Made by a program: the position numbers and the translations under genes. A stretch of 64,000 nucleotides of DNA from Candidatus Atelocyanobacterium thalassae (GTDB lineage: Bacteria > Cyanobacteriota > Cyanobacteriia > Cyanobacteriales > Microcystaceae). Of the stretch, positions 30,052 through 43,252 are shown piece by piece. The notes beneath the pieces are model-generated. The model was not told where the DNA came from and did no database searches. It worked only from the letters and a program-made list of their open reading frames with translations. Position 1 is the stretch's first letter. The number at the start of each line of letters is the position of its first letter. Where the stretch lies: NCBI GenBank assembly GCA_051971635.1, contig JBFPLN010000003.1, forward strand, positions 384,001 to 448,000. Reading direction: 5' to 3'.

Positions 30052-30078
30052 TTAGCACTCACACCATAAGAGTGCTAA
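30052..30078 (+). promoter_or_regulatory. CIRCE element (HrcA operator)
   Basis: TTAGCACTC-acaccataa-GAGTGCTAA, perfect consensus. Confidence 0.97.
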
Positions 30079-30159
30079 ATTAACACTAATGGAAAAGAGC
30101 TAAAATTATAAATTACTATTATAAAAGTTATTTATAGCAGTAATCTAATTAGTTTTTAA

Positions 30160-31905
<1,746 letters not shown>

Positions 31906-31954
31906 AGTTATATCATCTCTAAACTGTTTTTTATCTAGAATTATTTAAATTTTC

Positions 31955-31987
31955 AAGGGCCTTATTTTAGTATAAAATAAGGCCCTT
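31955..31987. terminator. Hairpin between convergent groEL2 and the Tab2-like gene
   Basis: aagggccttatttta-gta-taaaataaggccctt, perfect 15-bp stem. Confidence 0.8.
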
Positions 31988-32103
31988 AAAAGTTTAAATA
32001 TAATTAACAAAGTTCTTACTAGGATATGTTATTCTCCTAATATTGATTCTTCAAAGGTATTATAAAAGCTGACTAATTTTCAAGATATCAGATTTCATTT
32101 CTT

Positions 32104-32985
32104 TCAAACTCTATTTATTAGATCATCTTTTAAAAGCCAAAATCCACTAAAAAACTCTACATTAGGATTTGGCTGGATAGCAAGAAAGTGAATTCCCTGT
32201 GCTTTTCTTTTCTTTTCTTCAAAGATTTGAGCTTTTTGAATGAGTTGATTATCACTCTGATTAGTTAAGATTGATCTATCATTTAATCCTATTTCTAGAT
32301 AAAGAATCCAGTTATTTTCTTCATCAAACCTTAACGAAACTAACTCAAAGCCAGATAACCAAGCTGCTACTGGAAGAGCTCTTGGAGAAAAGAAGACTAA
32401 GCCAGGAATTGTAGCTTGTAAAGATAAGTTATATGGCGAAATTTTATAATTTTCTCCAAAACTAATATTCCATTCATGTATATGCTTAAAATCGGAAACT
32501 TTTAAATCAACAAATGAATATTTATTAAATTGATTATCTTTTAAAGCATCAGGTAAAGATACTATATTAGAATCTGCATTAGTTATATTTATTGTAGAGA
32601 CTTTATTTTTATTTTGATTCTTTATGAATTGAAATTTCTTTTCTCGTTTATTTATCCAGTCATTAAGAATAAACGTTCTACGACTTGGAGCAGCCTCAAT
32701 ATCTGCATCTTTACACGCTTTTATGATCATATTTTGCATTTGATGACGAAAGAAACGAATTAAATCTGGGCTTTCTCCAGCTTTTTTTATCGCCTTTTCA
32801 ATAGCCTGACGTAACCAAATAGAATTAACCGTGTTTGAAGGGCACAGTTGAGAAAACTTAAAACAACTATTAAATGACTTGTCAGAATGTATAGGAGTTT
32901 TACAGATCAAAACTTCCCATATTTTTTTGTTATCTTTCAAAAAATTTGGACGTGAATAAAAATCTAATTCCCATATCTTCTTCAT
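32104..32985 (-). CDS. Tab2/Atab2-family RNA-binding protein
   Basis: WELDFYSRP, KKIWEVLIC, VNSIWL, IRFFR.QM, PSRRT, RALPVAAWLSG.E, FSGFWLL. Confidence 0.9.
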   Translation of the reverse strand: MKKIWELDFYSRPNFLKDNKKIWEVLICKTPIHSDKSFNSCFKFSQLCPSNTVNSIWLRQAIEKAIKKAGESPDLIRFFRHQMQNMIIKACKDADIEAAPSRRTFILNDWINKREKKFQFIKNQNKNKVSTINITNADSNIVSLPDALKDNQFNKYSFVDLKVSDFKHIHEWNISFGENYKISPYNLSLQATIPGLVFFSPRALPVAAWLSGFELVSLRFDEENNWILYLEIGLNDRSILTNQSDNQLIQKAQIFEEKKRKAQGIHFLAIQPNPNVEFFSGFWLLKDDLINRV

Positions 32986-33002
32986 AATTACCTTTTAAGT
33001 TT

Positions 33003-33971
33003 TTAATTAATAACTTCGCGTACTCTATAAATTGGACGTTTTTGTGACTCATGATAAGTACGCATTACTAATTCTGCCAACAGACCAAAGCTTAATAGTT
33101 GCACTCCGGCTAAAATTAATAATACAGATAAGATTAATAGAGGACGTATTCCAATATTTTGTCCTAAAACTTTGATAATTGTTAGATAGACACTGCTAGA
33201 TAGACCAAGGGTCATTAGAGTTAGACCTAGAGAACCAAAAATATGCATTGGACGAGTTAAAAATTTCTTTATAAAAAGAATAGTAAGTAAGTCCATGATA
33301 ACGGGGAATGTTCTTCCCAGTCCATATTTACTCACACCAAAACGGCGAGGATTATGATTCACAGCCAGTTCTGCTATCCTAGCTCCTTCTATATAAGCTA
33401 AAGCAGGTATGAAACGATGTAATTCTCCATATAAATTCATATCTGCTACCAGTTCTGAACGATACGCTTTTAACGAGCAACCGTAGTCATGAAGGCTTAC
33501 GCCTGTTAATTTAGCAATAATTATATTGGCAATTTTTGAGGGGAGAAGACGAGTAAAAGTATTGTCTTGACGATTGTTACGCCAACCACTAACTAAATCA
33601 TAACCTTCATTTAGCTTAGCAATAAGACGAGGAATGTCTGCTGGATCATTTTGCAGGTCTCCATCTAAGCTAACAATAATATTACCTTCAGCATTCTTAA
33701 AGCCTGCTGCCATAGCAGGTGTCTGACCATAGTTACGACGTAAAATAATAGCGATTAAATCTTGCCTTTCTTTAGCCATTTGTCTTAAGATATCTGTGGA
33801 GCCGTCTTCAGAACCATCGTCAACACAAATAATTTCATATGAATATTTATTAATTAGAGAATTAGAGATATTATTTATCAAAGTCTCTAATGTATCTTTT
33901 TCATTAAAAATTGGGATAACTACAGATACAGTTATAGAATTTTGGTATGAGTTCAATATTATAGGTTCCAT
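33003..33971 (-). CDS. GT2 glycosyltransferase (DPM1/ArnC-like)
   Basis: VDDGSEDGS, RRNYGQTPAM, DGDLQNDPADIP, HDYGCSLKAYR, YGELHRFIP; two C-terminal TM segments. Confidence 0.9.
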   Translation of the reverse strand: MEPIILNSYQNSITVSVVIPIFNEKDTLETLINNISNSLINKYSYEIICVDDGSEDGSTDILRQMAKERQDLIAIILRRNYGQTPAMAAGFKNAEGNIIVSLDGDLQNDPADIPRLIAKLNEGYDLVSGWRNNRQDNTFTRLLPSKIANIIIAKLTGVSLHDYGCSLKAYRSELVADMNLYGELHRFIPALAYIEGARIAELAVNHNPRRFGVSKYGLGRTFPVIMDLLTILFIKKFLTRPMHIFGSLGLTLMTLGLSSSVYLTIIKVLGQNIGIRPLLILSVLLILAGVQLLSFGLLAELVMRTYHESQKRPIYRVREVIN

Positions 33972-33995
33972 TTTTATACATTAGTATCTTTTATC

Positions 33996-34967
33996 TTACT
34001 CGTAACTAATTTTTGAGTGAGATAAATATGCCATTCGCTTAACTTCTAATCGACCACGAGCTACAGAATCGAGGATTAAACCACAGGTAAAACTAAGAAA
34101 AGCAAGTAACATAATAGCAACACTTAGAATAGCTGTTGGCAGTCTAGGGACTAAACCCGTACTTAGATAAGTTGTAATTAGGGGAAATCCAATCATAATT
34201 GATAATGCCCCTAAAATAGAAGAAATAAGGCTGAAAAATAGAAAAGGTTTTACTTCTTTAAAAAGTAATACAGCTGTCCCGAGGACTCTCCATCCATCAG
34301 TGAGCGTTTTTAATTTGCTCTCTGAACCAGGAGGCCTAGATCCATAAACAGTATATTCTTCAGCAAAAGGAATTTTCAACTCTAGCGTATGAATTGTAAG
34401 TTCGGTTTCAATTTCAAAACCAGATGAAAAAGCTGGAAATGATTTAACAAATCTGCGAGAAAATATGCGATATCCTGAAAGCATATCTTTAAGTTTTGCA
34501 CCAAATAGAAATTCAACAACTCCAGTAAGAAAAATATTTCCACTACGATGTCCTAGTCTATAGGCCTGTTTGTTGGTGATTTTAGAACGACGAGCTCCAA
34601 CAACCATGTCAAGTTTTTCAGAAATTAATTTTGATACAAGAAATGATATTGCTTCTACCTCATATGTATTATCTCCATCCACCAAAATATATAAATCTGC
34701 ATCAATATCAGCAAACATTCTTCGAACAACATTACCTTTACCTGGCTGAGGTTCATATCGAACTATAGCACCAGCTTTCCTAGCTTCAATAACAGTATCG
34801 TCGGTAGAAAGATTATCGTAAACATAAATCTTAGCGTCTGGTAGTTCTTTACGAAATTGGTTTACTACACTACCAATTGTTAAGCTCTCATCTTTACAAG
34901 GAATCAACACTGCTAAACGATTACAGGAATGAGTAGTGTTTGTAAATAAAGGTTGATGCTTTGACAT
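33996..34967 (-). CDS. GT2 glycosyltransferase (DPM1-like)
   Basis: VYDNLSTD, GKGNVVRRMF, VDGDNTY, DMLSGYRIFS, GFEIETE. Confidence 0.9.
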   Translation of the reverse strand: MSKHQPLFTNTTHSCNRLAVLIPCKDESLTIGSVVNQFRKELPDAKIYVYDNLSTDDTVIEARKAGAIVRYEPQPGKGNVVRRMFADIDADLYILVDGDNTYEVEAISFLVSKLISEKLDMVVGARRSKITNKQAYRLGHRSGNIFLTGVVEFLFGAKLKDMLSGYRIFSRRFVKSFPAFSSGFEIETELTIHTLELKIPFAEEYTVYGSRPPGSESKLKTLTDGWRVLGTAVLLFKEVKPFLFFSLISSILGALSIMIGFPLITTYLSTGLVPRLPTAILSVAIMLLAFLSFTCGLILDSVARGRLEVKRMAYLSHSKISYE

Positions 34968-35214
34968 GTGTTATATGTATATTTAAATATTATTTAAGTG
35001 ACTTTTGTCATTATTCAAAGTTCCATTACACTATAGTGGCTAAATCTTGAAATAGCTTTTTCAACCATAATTAAAATTTTAAAAATATGGGTTTCTTTTT
35101 TACATATTCAATTATATTGATATATTTAAATTCTGAAAAACATTCTTCATTAAACTATATTTAGAAAACTTCTATATAGCTTCTTTTTAACAAATTGCTT
35201 GATTTATATCTTTC

Positions 35215-35859
35215 TTAATTGATTTTTAATTTTTTACTAATTTGTTTAAAAATATCACGGCGAAGATAAGGATATTGACCGACCCATAAATCATGTCGAG
35301 GTAGATAAACATCTGTTACCCTAGTAATACGACTTAAGTTTGATACTTTGGAGATAACTAACATTTCCGCAGATTCACCAGGTTTAACAACTTGTAAAAG
35401 ACGATCAGCAGGCATCGTTACTATTGCTGTAAAACCTCTTTTATCTCCTACCTCAATATTAATCAATCGCTTCTTGTTTTCAATGACAAGCAATTCTCCA
35501 AATTTATTAACAGTTTGTTCCTCTCTGATAAGTTTCTCAGTAATAAAAACATCTAATACTTTTCCACTCCAGAAACCACAATATGGATAAATACGATAAT
35601 TTCTATTCTTAATACTAGCCCATAAGATAGGTGCCCATAGCCAATAAGATCCAGAAATAATATAAAAAAGGAATTTTATATTTAACCATCTTGAGCCAGA
35701 TAAAGTTCCTAATATCCAGGTTACTATCAGTATAGTTAAAGAAATAAATAATCGTTGTAATAAATCACGCCATTTACCCCAATAAAACGAATACTGGGTT
35801 CCAGTAGCAACAAGAGGAATTAGCTGCTCAAAAGCTTCACGAGTTAAAGGAACTAACAT
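35215..35859 (-). CDS. Conserved cyanobacterial membrane hypothetical protein
   Basis: MLVPLTR..FEQLIP..ATG.QY..YWG, two TM segments, LWVGQYPYLRRD. Confidence 0.8.
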   Translation of the reverse strand: MLVPLTREAFEQLIPLVATGTQYSFYWGKWRDLLQRLFISLTILIVTWILGTLSGSRWLNIKFLFYIISGSYWLWAPILWASIKNRNYRIYPYCGFWSGKVLDVFITEKLIREEQTVNKFGELLVIENKKRLINIEVGDKRGFTAIVTMPADRLLQVVKPGESAEMLVISKVSNLSRITRVTDVYLPRHDLWVGQYPYLRRDIFKQISKKLKIN

Positions 35860-36083
35860 AAATCAGTATTGATGATTATTTTGAATTTATTTTCAACATT
35901 GATATTTAAGATCACTATATTAAATATTTCAGAAATTTTATATATACAAAAATTAGTTTACATAAGTTTATTAACAATTAAACTATCTATGTACAGATCA
36001 AAAGCTATTTGTGTATAAATATCAATCTAACTTTAACAAATATTTAAATAATAATAATTCTATATAAAAATAAAACTAAGTAA

Positions 36084-36905
36084 TTATTTATTACCTAAAG
36101 GATATAAATGATTACTTAGCTCTATCCATTGATTTATACTAAGATTTTCTGCTCTTACTTTAAGATTAAGATTTGTTTTTTCTAAAAATTCAATTAAATA
36201 TTTGGTATTTATTGTGTTTTTCAAATTATTGTGTAGCATTTTACGACGATTAGAAAACCCTAAGTTAATTAGACTTTCTAAATGTGATGGATTTAAAGCA
36301 GAATTTAAAACGCGAGGTTGAAGAGTAATAACAGCCGAATCTACTTTTGGAACAGGATAAAATGCTTTACAAGAAACATCACATATATAACTACAATTAG
36401 CTAAATATTGTATCTTTGCTGATAATGATCCATATGCTTTATTACCAGGTAAAGCAGTAATTCTTTTTGCAACTTCTTTTTGAACTAATAAAACAATTAT
36501 TTCATAAAGAGAATGGTTAGGATTAGAAATACTACCTAGCAATTTTTCTAAGATAGGACTAGTAATATTGTAAGGTATATTAGCAACTACTTTATTTATA
36601 GGCCAGAAATGATTATATTTGCTAACTTCTTTAGATAAATCTGTTTTAAGAATATCTTTTTGTAACAGTAATAAACTTTCACGATGATAGAATTTTTTTT
36701 CTAATTGTTTATATAAATCCCAATCTACTTCAATTGCAGTAACGGAAAAAGCTTCAGATAATAGGCGACGTGTTAAAATACCCGTTCCTGGACCAATCTC
36801 TAAGACTTTATCAGTACTACTAAGACGAGCAGATTTCATGATTTTACTTAAGACTGCATTATCTTTTAGCCAATGTTGTCCAAATCGTTTACGAGGATAA
36901 ATCAT
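36084..36905 (-). CDS. rsmA: 16S rRNA m6,2A dimethyltransferase
   Basis: PRKRFGQHWL, LEIGPGTG, VVANIPYNIT, PKVDSAV; start moved to ATG 36905. Confidence 0.95.
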   Translation of the reverse strand: MIYPRKRFGQHWLKDNAVLSKIMKSARLSSTDKVLEIGPGTGILTRRLLSEAFSVTAIEVDWDLYKQLEKKFYHRESLLLLQKDILKTDLSKEVSKYNHFWPINKVVANIPYNITSPILEKLLGSISNPNHSLYEIIVLLVQKEVAKRITALPGNKAYGSLSAKIQYLANCSYICDVSCKAFYPVPKVDSAVITLQPRVLNSALNPSHLESLINLGFSNRRKMLHNNLKNTINTKYLIEFLEKTNLNLKVRAENLSINQWIELSNHLYPLGNK

Positions 36906-37756
36906 TACAAGCTTATGTAAATTTACTAAATGATAAAATATGGAACTAAATCTTATAAGATATACTGTGCATATCAATTAACACGTTAGCTAAAATTTTT
37001 CTTTATTAGATTATTAATAACTGAATAGTAGGTATTCGAGATATTAATCTTAAACAAGTTCTATTATTAAAGTCATTTTCCGGTATGGAGTAATAGTACT
37101 CCTTCTTAATAATGAGATGCTCATTTGTGAAGTATATTAAAAGTTTTACTTAATACAAAACAATTCATGGTACTGATGATTAAATTAATTAATATTACAG
37201 AGAAATCAAAGCTTTTATTGGAGTTGACTTTAGCAAAAATTTTATCCAATACTTTCATGTCTTCTTTATGACAATAATTATAAATAAATAATTTATAGTT
37301 ATTTTTTTATACTTGGTTTATAATCATTCTACATATCTTTAAAATTGGGAAAAATATTAGTTATTTATATGAACAACTAATATTTTATACTAATAATTTT
37401 ATCAATATATTTGAATTATTTATTATATTAACTATATAACATTTTGTTTAATACTGTATTAGTCTGCTTTCTTATTTAAAACTAGTGGAACAACTTTTTA
37501 AAGTCTTGCGTCCTGTCCAGTGCTGTTCATACTATGAATTGTAGTATGAACTTAATTTTCATTACCTCTGTAATGGTTGAATAATATGATACTTTAGAGA
37601 TAATTTTTATAGGGTTTGTACATAAAAATTTTCAATTAGAAATTAGTACTTTTTATAAATTAATTTAGAATTTGTCGCTGTTTAAAAGAGATTTTTTAAA
37701 AAGTTTTGAAATAGAGATTTGTTTGTTTAAAAGCACCAAATAGTGAGGAATAAATT

Positions 37757-38905
37757 ATGCAAAATAAGAATATGTTAATGATTCCAGGTCCGACTCCTGT
37801 ACCTGAAAGTGTTCTTTTGGCGATGGCTCAGCATCCTATTGGACATCGTGGTCAAGACTTTAATCAAATTATTAGTGAAATTTCTCAAAATTTAAGATGG
37901 CTTCATCAGACCGAGGAAGAGGTACTCATGCTAACCGTAAGTGGTACAGGAGCTATGGAGGCGGCAATTATTAACTTTCTCAGTTCTGATGACTCTGTTT
38001 TAATTGGTAATAATGGAAAATTTGGACAACGTTGGGTAGATATTGCACGTGCTTTTGGATTAAAAGTTGATGAAATAACCGCTGAGTGGGGTAAGCCCTT
38101 AAATCCCGAAATATTCAAAGATAAACTTGTTAGCGATAAAAATAAAAAAATTAAAGCTGTTATTGTTACTCACTCTGAAACTTCTACAGGAGTCCTTAAT
38201 GACTTAGAAACTATTAATAAATACGTTAAAAATCATGAAAAAGCTCTAATTATAGTTGATGCCGTTACAAGCTTAGGAACCATCAATCTTCCTATTGACG
38301 AATGGGGGTTAGACGTTGTAGCTTCTGGATCACAAAAAGGATACATGATTCCTCCAGGATTAGGCTTCGTATCCATAAGTCAAAAAGCATGGAAGGCTTA
38401 TCAAAATTCTAATTTACCTAAGTTTTATTTAGATCTTGGAGCATATAAAAAGACAATTAATCAAAATTCTTTTCCTTTCACTCCTCCAGTAAATTTAATT
38501 TATGGATTACAAATTGCTTTAAGAATTATGAAAACAGAAGGATTAACTCAAATGTTCACCCGACATGAAAAATTAGCTCGAGCAACTCGAGCTGGAATTA
38601 AGGCGTTAGGGCTAGAACTGTTAGCTGCTGATGAATCAGCAAGTTATGCAATAACAACTGTTTCTTCCTCTAAAGTTGACATAACAAATATCTGTTACAT
38701 AATGAAAGAAAAATTTAATATAATCCTAGCAGCAGGACAAGATCATATGAAAGGTAAAATTTTTCGTATAGGTCATTTAGGTTTTATTTGTGAGAGAGAT
38801 ATATTAACTACACTTTCATGCTTAGAAACGACTTTACAGCTTTTAGGTGATACTAGCGTAATTCCAGGAAAGGCTGTATCCGAAGCTTTAAAGTTTTTAC
38901 CATAA
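37757..38905 (+). CDS. Class V PLP aminotransferase (alanine-glyoxylate/serine-pyruvate family, Sll1559/DhsS-like)
   Basis: LMIPGPTPVP, SGTGAMEA, HSETSTGV, VDAVTSLG, SGSQKGYMIPPG, FRIGHLG. Confidence 0.9.
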   Translation: MQNKNMLMIPGPTPVPESVLLAMAQHPIGHRGQDFNQIISEISQNLRWLHQTEEEVLMLTVSGTGAMEAAIINFLSSDDSVLIGNNGKFGQRWVDIARAFGLKVDEITAEWGKPLNPEIFKDKLVSDKNKKIKAVIVTHSETSTGVLNDLETINKYVKNHEKALIIVDAVTSLGTINLPIDEWGLDVVASGSQKGYMIPPGLGFVSISQKAWKAYQNSNLPKFYLDLGAYKKTINQNSFPFTPPVNLIYGLQIALRIMKTEGLTQMFTRHEKLARATRAGIKALGLELLAADESASYAITTVSSSKVDITNICYIMKEKFNIILAAGQDHMKGKIFRIGHLGFICERDILTTLSCLETTLQLLGDTSVIPGKAVSEALKFLP

Positions 38906-39368
38906 CTTATATTATTATTTTCTTTTAAAGAAGAGTTGTTAAGTCAATTAATAAAGAAAAAACTTATTAGTTAATAGACCTATAATTGAAATTATTAATA
39001 ACTACAAAACCAAACTTATTTTTTATTAAAAGTGAGTTTGGTTATCATTATTATTAGATTTTTATAATAAAAAGTAATATAGTATGAAATTAAATTTATA
39101 TACAGTTAAAATTGATTAATTTCAATCTTGACTAAATTTTAGAAAACTATTTACAAAATAGTTTTCTCTTATTATTTTCTTAGAAAAAGTGACTGAAATA
39201 AATATTTTATAAATGATGCAAATATAATTTAACTTGATAGAAAACAATTTCAATGTTTTATTAGCTTTGCGAATTTACAATATTAAAATTTTGCTATGAG
39301 ATATTAACAAGTTGGTAAAAACAACTACTTATTTAATAAACTACTAACCTTATATAACCTTGAAGATT

Positions 39369-40418
39369 ATGAACTTTGGAAAAATTGTCGATAAGCTAAA
39401 CTTTTTGAGTAATGAAAATAGTTTAACGAGTAATGAAAATTACGATCTTGAAATTACAGGAGTATCATCCATTACTGAAGCAAAAACAGGACACTTAAGT
39501 TATGTAGAAGGTCCGAAATTTGCTTCCATGATTAGTAAAACTTCTGCAAGTGCTCTAATTCTTCCACCTGATAAACAATTACAAGAAGAAGCTACAAAAA
39601 GAGGGATAGCATGGCTCGCAACATCTGAAACACGTTTAGCTTTCGCTCATGCTATTAAATTATTCTACCAGCCGTTTCGTCCAGCTCCAAGTATAGACTC
39701 TACTGCAGTAATTCATTCTTCAGCTAAGATTGGAAAAGATGTTTTTATAGGTCCTCATACTATTATTCAACAAGATGTTGTTGTTGGGGATGAAGCTTGT
39801 ATTCAAGGAAATGTAGTAATTTACCCTGAGGTCTCTATTGGAAACAATACGTTACTCCATGCTAATTGTACTATTCATGAACGGACTAAAATTGGAAGTA
39901 ACTGTGTTATTCATAGCGGTGCTGTTATTGGAGCTGAAGGCTTTGGATTTGTTCCTATAGCTGAAGGTTGGTTTAAAATGGAACAATCTGGTTATGTTAA
40001 TTTAGGAAATAATGTAGAAATTGGCTGTAATAGTGCAATAGATCGTCCTGCTGTTGGGACAACTCATGTTGGAGATAATACTAAAATAGACAATTTAGTT
40101 CATATAGCTCACAACTGCAACATTGGAGAAAGTTGTGCTTTTGCAGCACAAGTAGGATTAGCAGGAGGCGTGAAAATAGGAAAAAGAGTAATTCTTGCAG
40201 GACAGGTAGGAGTAGCAAACCAAGTTAGTATTGGTGATGGAGCAATTGCAACTGCACAAACTGGTATTCCTAGTAATATTAACTCAGGAGAAGTTGTATC
40301 TAGTAGCCCAGCAATAGATAATAAGTTATATTTAAAAATATGTGCTATCTATAAACGTCTTCCTGAAATGTATAAAACTTTAAAAAGTATTCAGAAAAAG
40401 ATAGATAATTTAGAATAG
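39369..40418 (+). CDS. lpxD: UDP-3-O-acylglucosamine N-acyltransferase
   Basis: Hexapeptide repeats, IGAEGFGF, IDR, TKIDNLVHIAHNC, GQVGVA; start at ATG 39369 or TTG 39360. Confidence 0.95.
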   Translation: MNFGKIVDKLNFLSNENSLTSNENYDLEITGVSSITEAKTGHLSYVEGPKFASMISKTSASALILPPDKQLQEEATKRGIAWLATSETRLAFAHAIKLFYQPFRPAPSIDSTAVIHSSAKIGKDVFIGPHTIIQQDVVVGDEACIQGNVVIYPEVSIGNNTLLHANCTIHERTKIGSNCVIHSGAVIGAEGFGFVPIAEGWFKMEQSGYVNLGNNVEIGCNSAIDRPAVGTTHVGDNTKIDNLVHIAHNCNIGESCAFAAQVGLAGGVKIGKRVILAGQVGVANQVSIGDGAIATAQTGIPSNINSGEVVSSSPAIDNKLYLKICAIYKRLPEMYKTLKSIQKKIDNLE

Positions 40419-40810
40419 TATTTTTTGATATTATTCTCCAGCATAGATTAGTTACTATGTATAGTAAGTAGTAAGTAATGAGAAAGATACATTTTTGTAT
40501 CTTTACCCTTAACTGATTTATCCAGAATTTTGTAAATATTATTATTAAATAATATTGTAAAGTTTAGTATCAATTAAAAAAGGTTAATTAAATTATTTTT
40601 TTTAATTGTTATAAATATTTTTGATATATAAATCAAACTTATTTTTGATGCTTTATTCTCAATTACTATGAAAAATTATTTTCTTTATTTAAAAATTAAG
40701 GACTAGACATAGTTTTTAAAAAATGTTTTTCAAGTATTAAGTTTAATGTTTCAGAATTATTGATACAATAAAGTTCCTAAGTATTTAATTATCAAATTAA
40801 CTTTCTTATA

Positions 40811-42295
40811 ATGATTAGATCTTCTTCTGAAAAGAAATATGAAGCTGTTATTGGTTTAGAAACTCATTGTCAGCTGAATACTACTAGCAAAATTTTTTGT
40901 AGTTGTTCCACTGACTTTAGTAGTTCTCCAAATACAAATATTTGTCCAATTTGTTTAGGATATCCTGGAGTATTACCTGTACTCAACCAAAAAGTTTTAT
41001 CTTCAGCTGTTAAACTAGGTCTTGCCCTAAAAGCTAAGATTGCTAGTTATAGTAAGTTTGATAGAAAGCAATACTTTTATCCTGATTTACCTAAAAATTA
41101 CCAAATTTCTCAGTACGATCTTCCTATTGTTGAAGGAGGCACTTTAGAAATTGAATTGGTAAATAAAACTAATCAAGAAGTTATCCATAAAAATATTGGG
41201 ATCACAAGATTACATATGGAAGAAGATGCAGGAAAATTAATTCATTCTGGAAGTAATCAGTTAACCGGTTCTAGCTATTCTTTGATTGATTTCAATCGCG
41301 CGGGAATACCTCTATTAGAAATTGTTTCTGAACCAGATCTAAGAACTGGTCAAGAGGCAGCAGAATACGCCCAGGAATTACGTCGCTTAGTACGTTATCT
41401 GGGAATTAGCGATGGTAATATGCAAGAAGGCTCTTTACGTTGTGATGTGAATATTTCTATTCGCCCTTTAGGACAAACAGAATTTGGTACGAAAGTAGAA
41501 ATTAAAAATATGAACTCTTTTAGTGCAATTCAGAAAGCTATAGAGTATGAAATTAATAGACAGACCGATATGTTGGACAATAATAAAACTATCTCTCAAG
41601 AAACACGTTTATGGAATGAAGCTTCGCAGGAAACGATAAGCATGAGGAAAAAAGAAGGTTCTAGCGATTATCGTTATTTTCCTGAGCCTGATCTTCCTCC
41701 AATTGAGATTTTAAGCAATCAACTGGAGATCTGGAATAAAGAGCTTCCTGAACTTCCTGCATCTAAGCGTCAGCGTTATAAAGGTATATTTGGATTATCT
41801 TCTTATGATGCACGTATTTTAAGTGATGACCGGGATATCGCTGAATATTTTGAAGAGACTGTATCTAATGGTACAGATGCTAAGTTAGTAGCTAATTGGA
41901 TAACTCAGGAGATTGCAGCGTATCTTAATAACGAAAAATTAACTATAATTGAAATTGCTCTAAGACCGAAACACCTTGAAGAATTAGTTCTATTAATTGA
42001 GAAAAAAACTATTAGCGGAAAAATTGCTAAAGAAATTCTTCCCACTCTCTTAAAAGAAGGAGGATCACCTCAAGATATTATTGATAAGCAAGGGTTAACG
42101 CAAATTTCTGACCAAGAAATAATAACAAAGATTATTGATGAAGTTATAAAAGCTAATCCTACAGAAGTAGGTAAATATAAGGCAGGAAAAAAGAAATTAA
42201 AAGGCTTTTTTGTAGGGCAGGTTATGAAAAAAAGTGAAGGAAGAGCAGATCCTAAGTTAACTAATCAATTAGTGGAAAAACAATTAAATGGATAA
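40811..42295 (+). CDS. gatB: Asp/Glu-tRNA amidotransferase subunit B
   Basis: VIGLETHCQL, FDRKQYFYPDLPKNYQISQ, HMEEDAGK, GSLRCDVN, YRYFPEPDL. Confidence 0.97.
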   Translation: MIRSSSEKKYEAVIGLETHCQLNTTSKIFCSCSTDFSSSPNTNICPICLGYPGVLPVLNQKVLSSAVKLGLALKAKIASYSKFDRKQYFYPDLPKNYQISQYDLPIVEGGTLEIELVNKTNQEVIHKNIGITRLHMEEDAGKLIHSGSNQLTGSSYSLIDFNRAGIPLLEIVSEPDLRTGQEAAEYAQELRRLVRYLGISDGNMQEGSLRCDVNISIRPLGQTEFGTKVEIKNMNSFSAIQKAIEYEINRQTDMLDNNKTISQETRLWNEASQETISMRKKEGSSDYRYFPEPDLPPIEILSNQLEIWNKELPELPASKRQRYKGIFGLSSYDARILSDDRDIAEYFEETVSNGTDAKLVANWITQEIAAYLNNEKLTIIEIALRPKHLEELVLLIEKKTISGKIAKEILPTLLKEGGSPQDIIDKQGLTQISDQEIITKIIDEVIKANPTEVGKYKAGKKKLKGFFVGQVMKKSEGRADPKLTNQLVEKQLNG

Positions 42296-42409
42296 GAAAA
42301 TCAAGAAGTACTTATATATTTTGTAAAAGTAACATATATAAAACTATCTAAAGTTATCCTAGTAATTTCTTTTACTGTTACTTAAACTATATGAATACTA
42401 TCACTTACT

Positions 42410-43204
42410 TTATCCAAATTTTCCACTTATATAATGTTTAGTTGATTCCATTGTGGGATCGCTAAATACTATATTAGTCTTATTATATTCAACCAATCGA
42501 CCAGTTCTCTTACCTTTATCTGTTATTTCTAGGTTGTAGAATGCAGTTAGGTCGGATATTCTTGAAGCTTGATGCATATTATGGGTAACTATGACAATAG
42601 TATGCTCTTCCTTTAAGCCATTAATTAACTCTTCTATTTTTAAGGTAGAAATAGGATCTAAAGCTGCACATGGTTCATCCATTAAAATAACATCAGGTTT
42701 TATAGCTATAACGCGTGCTATACATAGTCTTTGTTGCTGACCCCCTGATAAAATTAGTCCACTTCTATGAAGTTTGTCTTTAGTTTCATCCCAGACAGCT
42801 GCTTTCCTGAGAGAATTTTCTACAAGTTCATCCATATCACCTTTAAATCCATTAATCCTTGCGCCAAAAGCGATGTTTTCATAAATGGATTTTGGAAAAG
42901 GGTTAGGTCTTTGAAATACCATGCCAATCCTAGAACGTAAGTCAACAGGATCAAGACTTTGAGAATAAATATCTTTACCGTAATATGTAATCTTGCCAGA
43001 AACTTTAGCATTGGGGATTAAGTCGTTCATGCGATTAAAACATCGTAAGACAGTACTTTTTCCACATCCAGAAGGTCCAATAAAAGCTACAATATTACCC
43101 TTAGGAATAACCAGATCAACCCCTCGAACCACTAAATTAGAGCCATAGAAGACATTAAGATTTTCTGTTTTTAAAATAGGTTCTATCTTAGTATTATTTT
43201 TCAT
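42410..43204 (-). CDS. pstB: Phosphate ABC transporter ATP-binding protein (distal copy)
   Basis: [41 protein letters not shown]. Confidence 0.95.
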   Translation of the reverse strand: MKNNTKIEPILKTENLNVFYGSNLVVRGVDLVIPKGNIVAFIGPSGCGKSTVLRCFNRMNDLIPNAKVSGKITYYGKDIYSQSLDPVDLRSRIGMVFQRPNPFPKSIYENIAFGARINGFKGDMDELVENSLRKAAVWDETKDKLHRSGLILSGGQQQRLCIARVIAIKPDVILMDEPCAALDPISTLKIEELINGLKEEHTIVIVTHNMHQASRISDLTAFYNLEITDKGKRTGRLVEYNKTNIVFSDPTMESTKHYISGKFG

Positions 43205-43252
43205 ATTTATATCTTAAACTTTATCTAGCCAATGACAATAATTTGATTAAAA

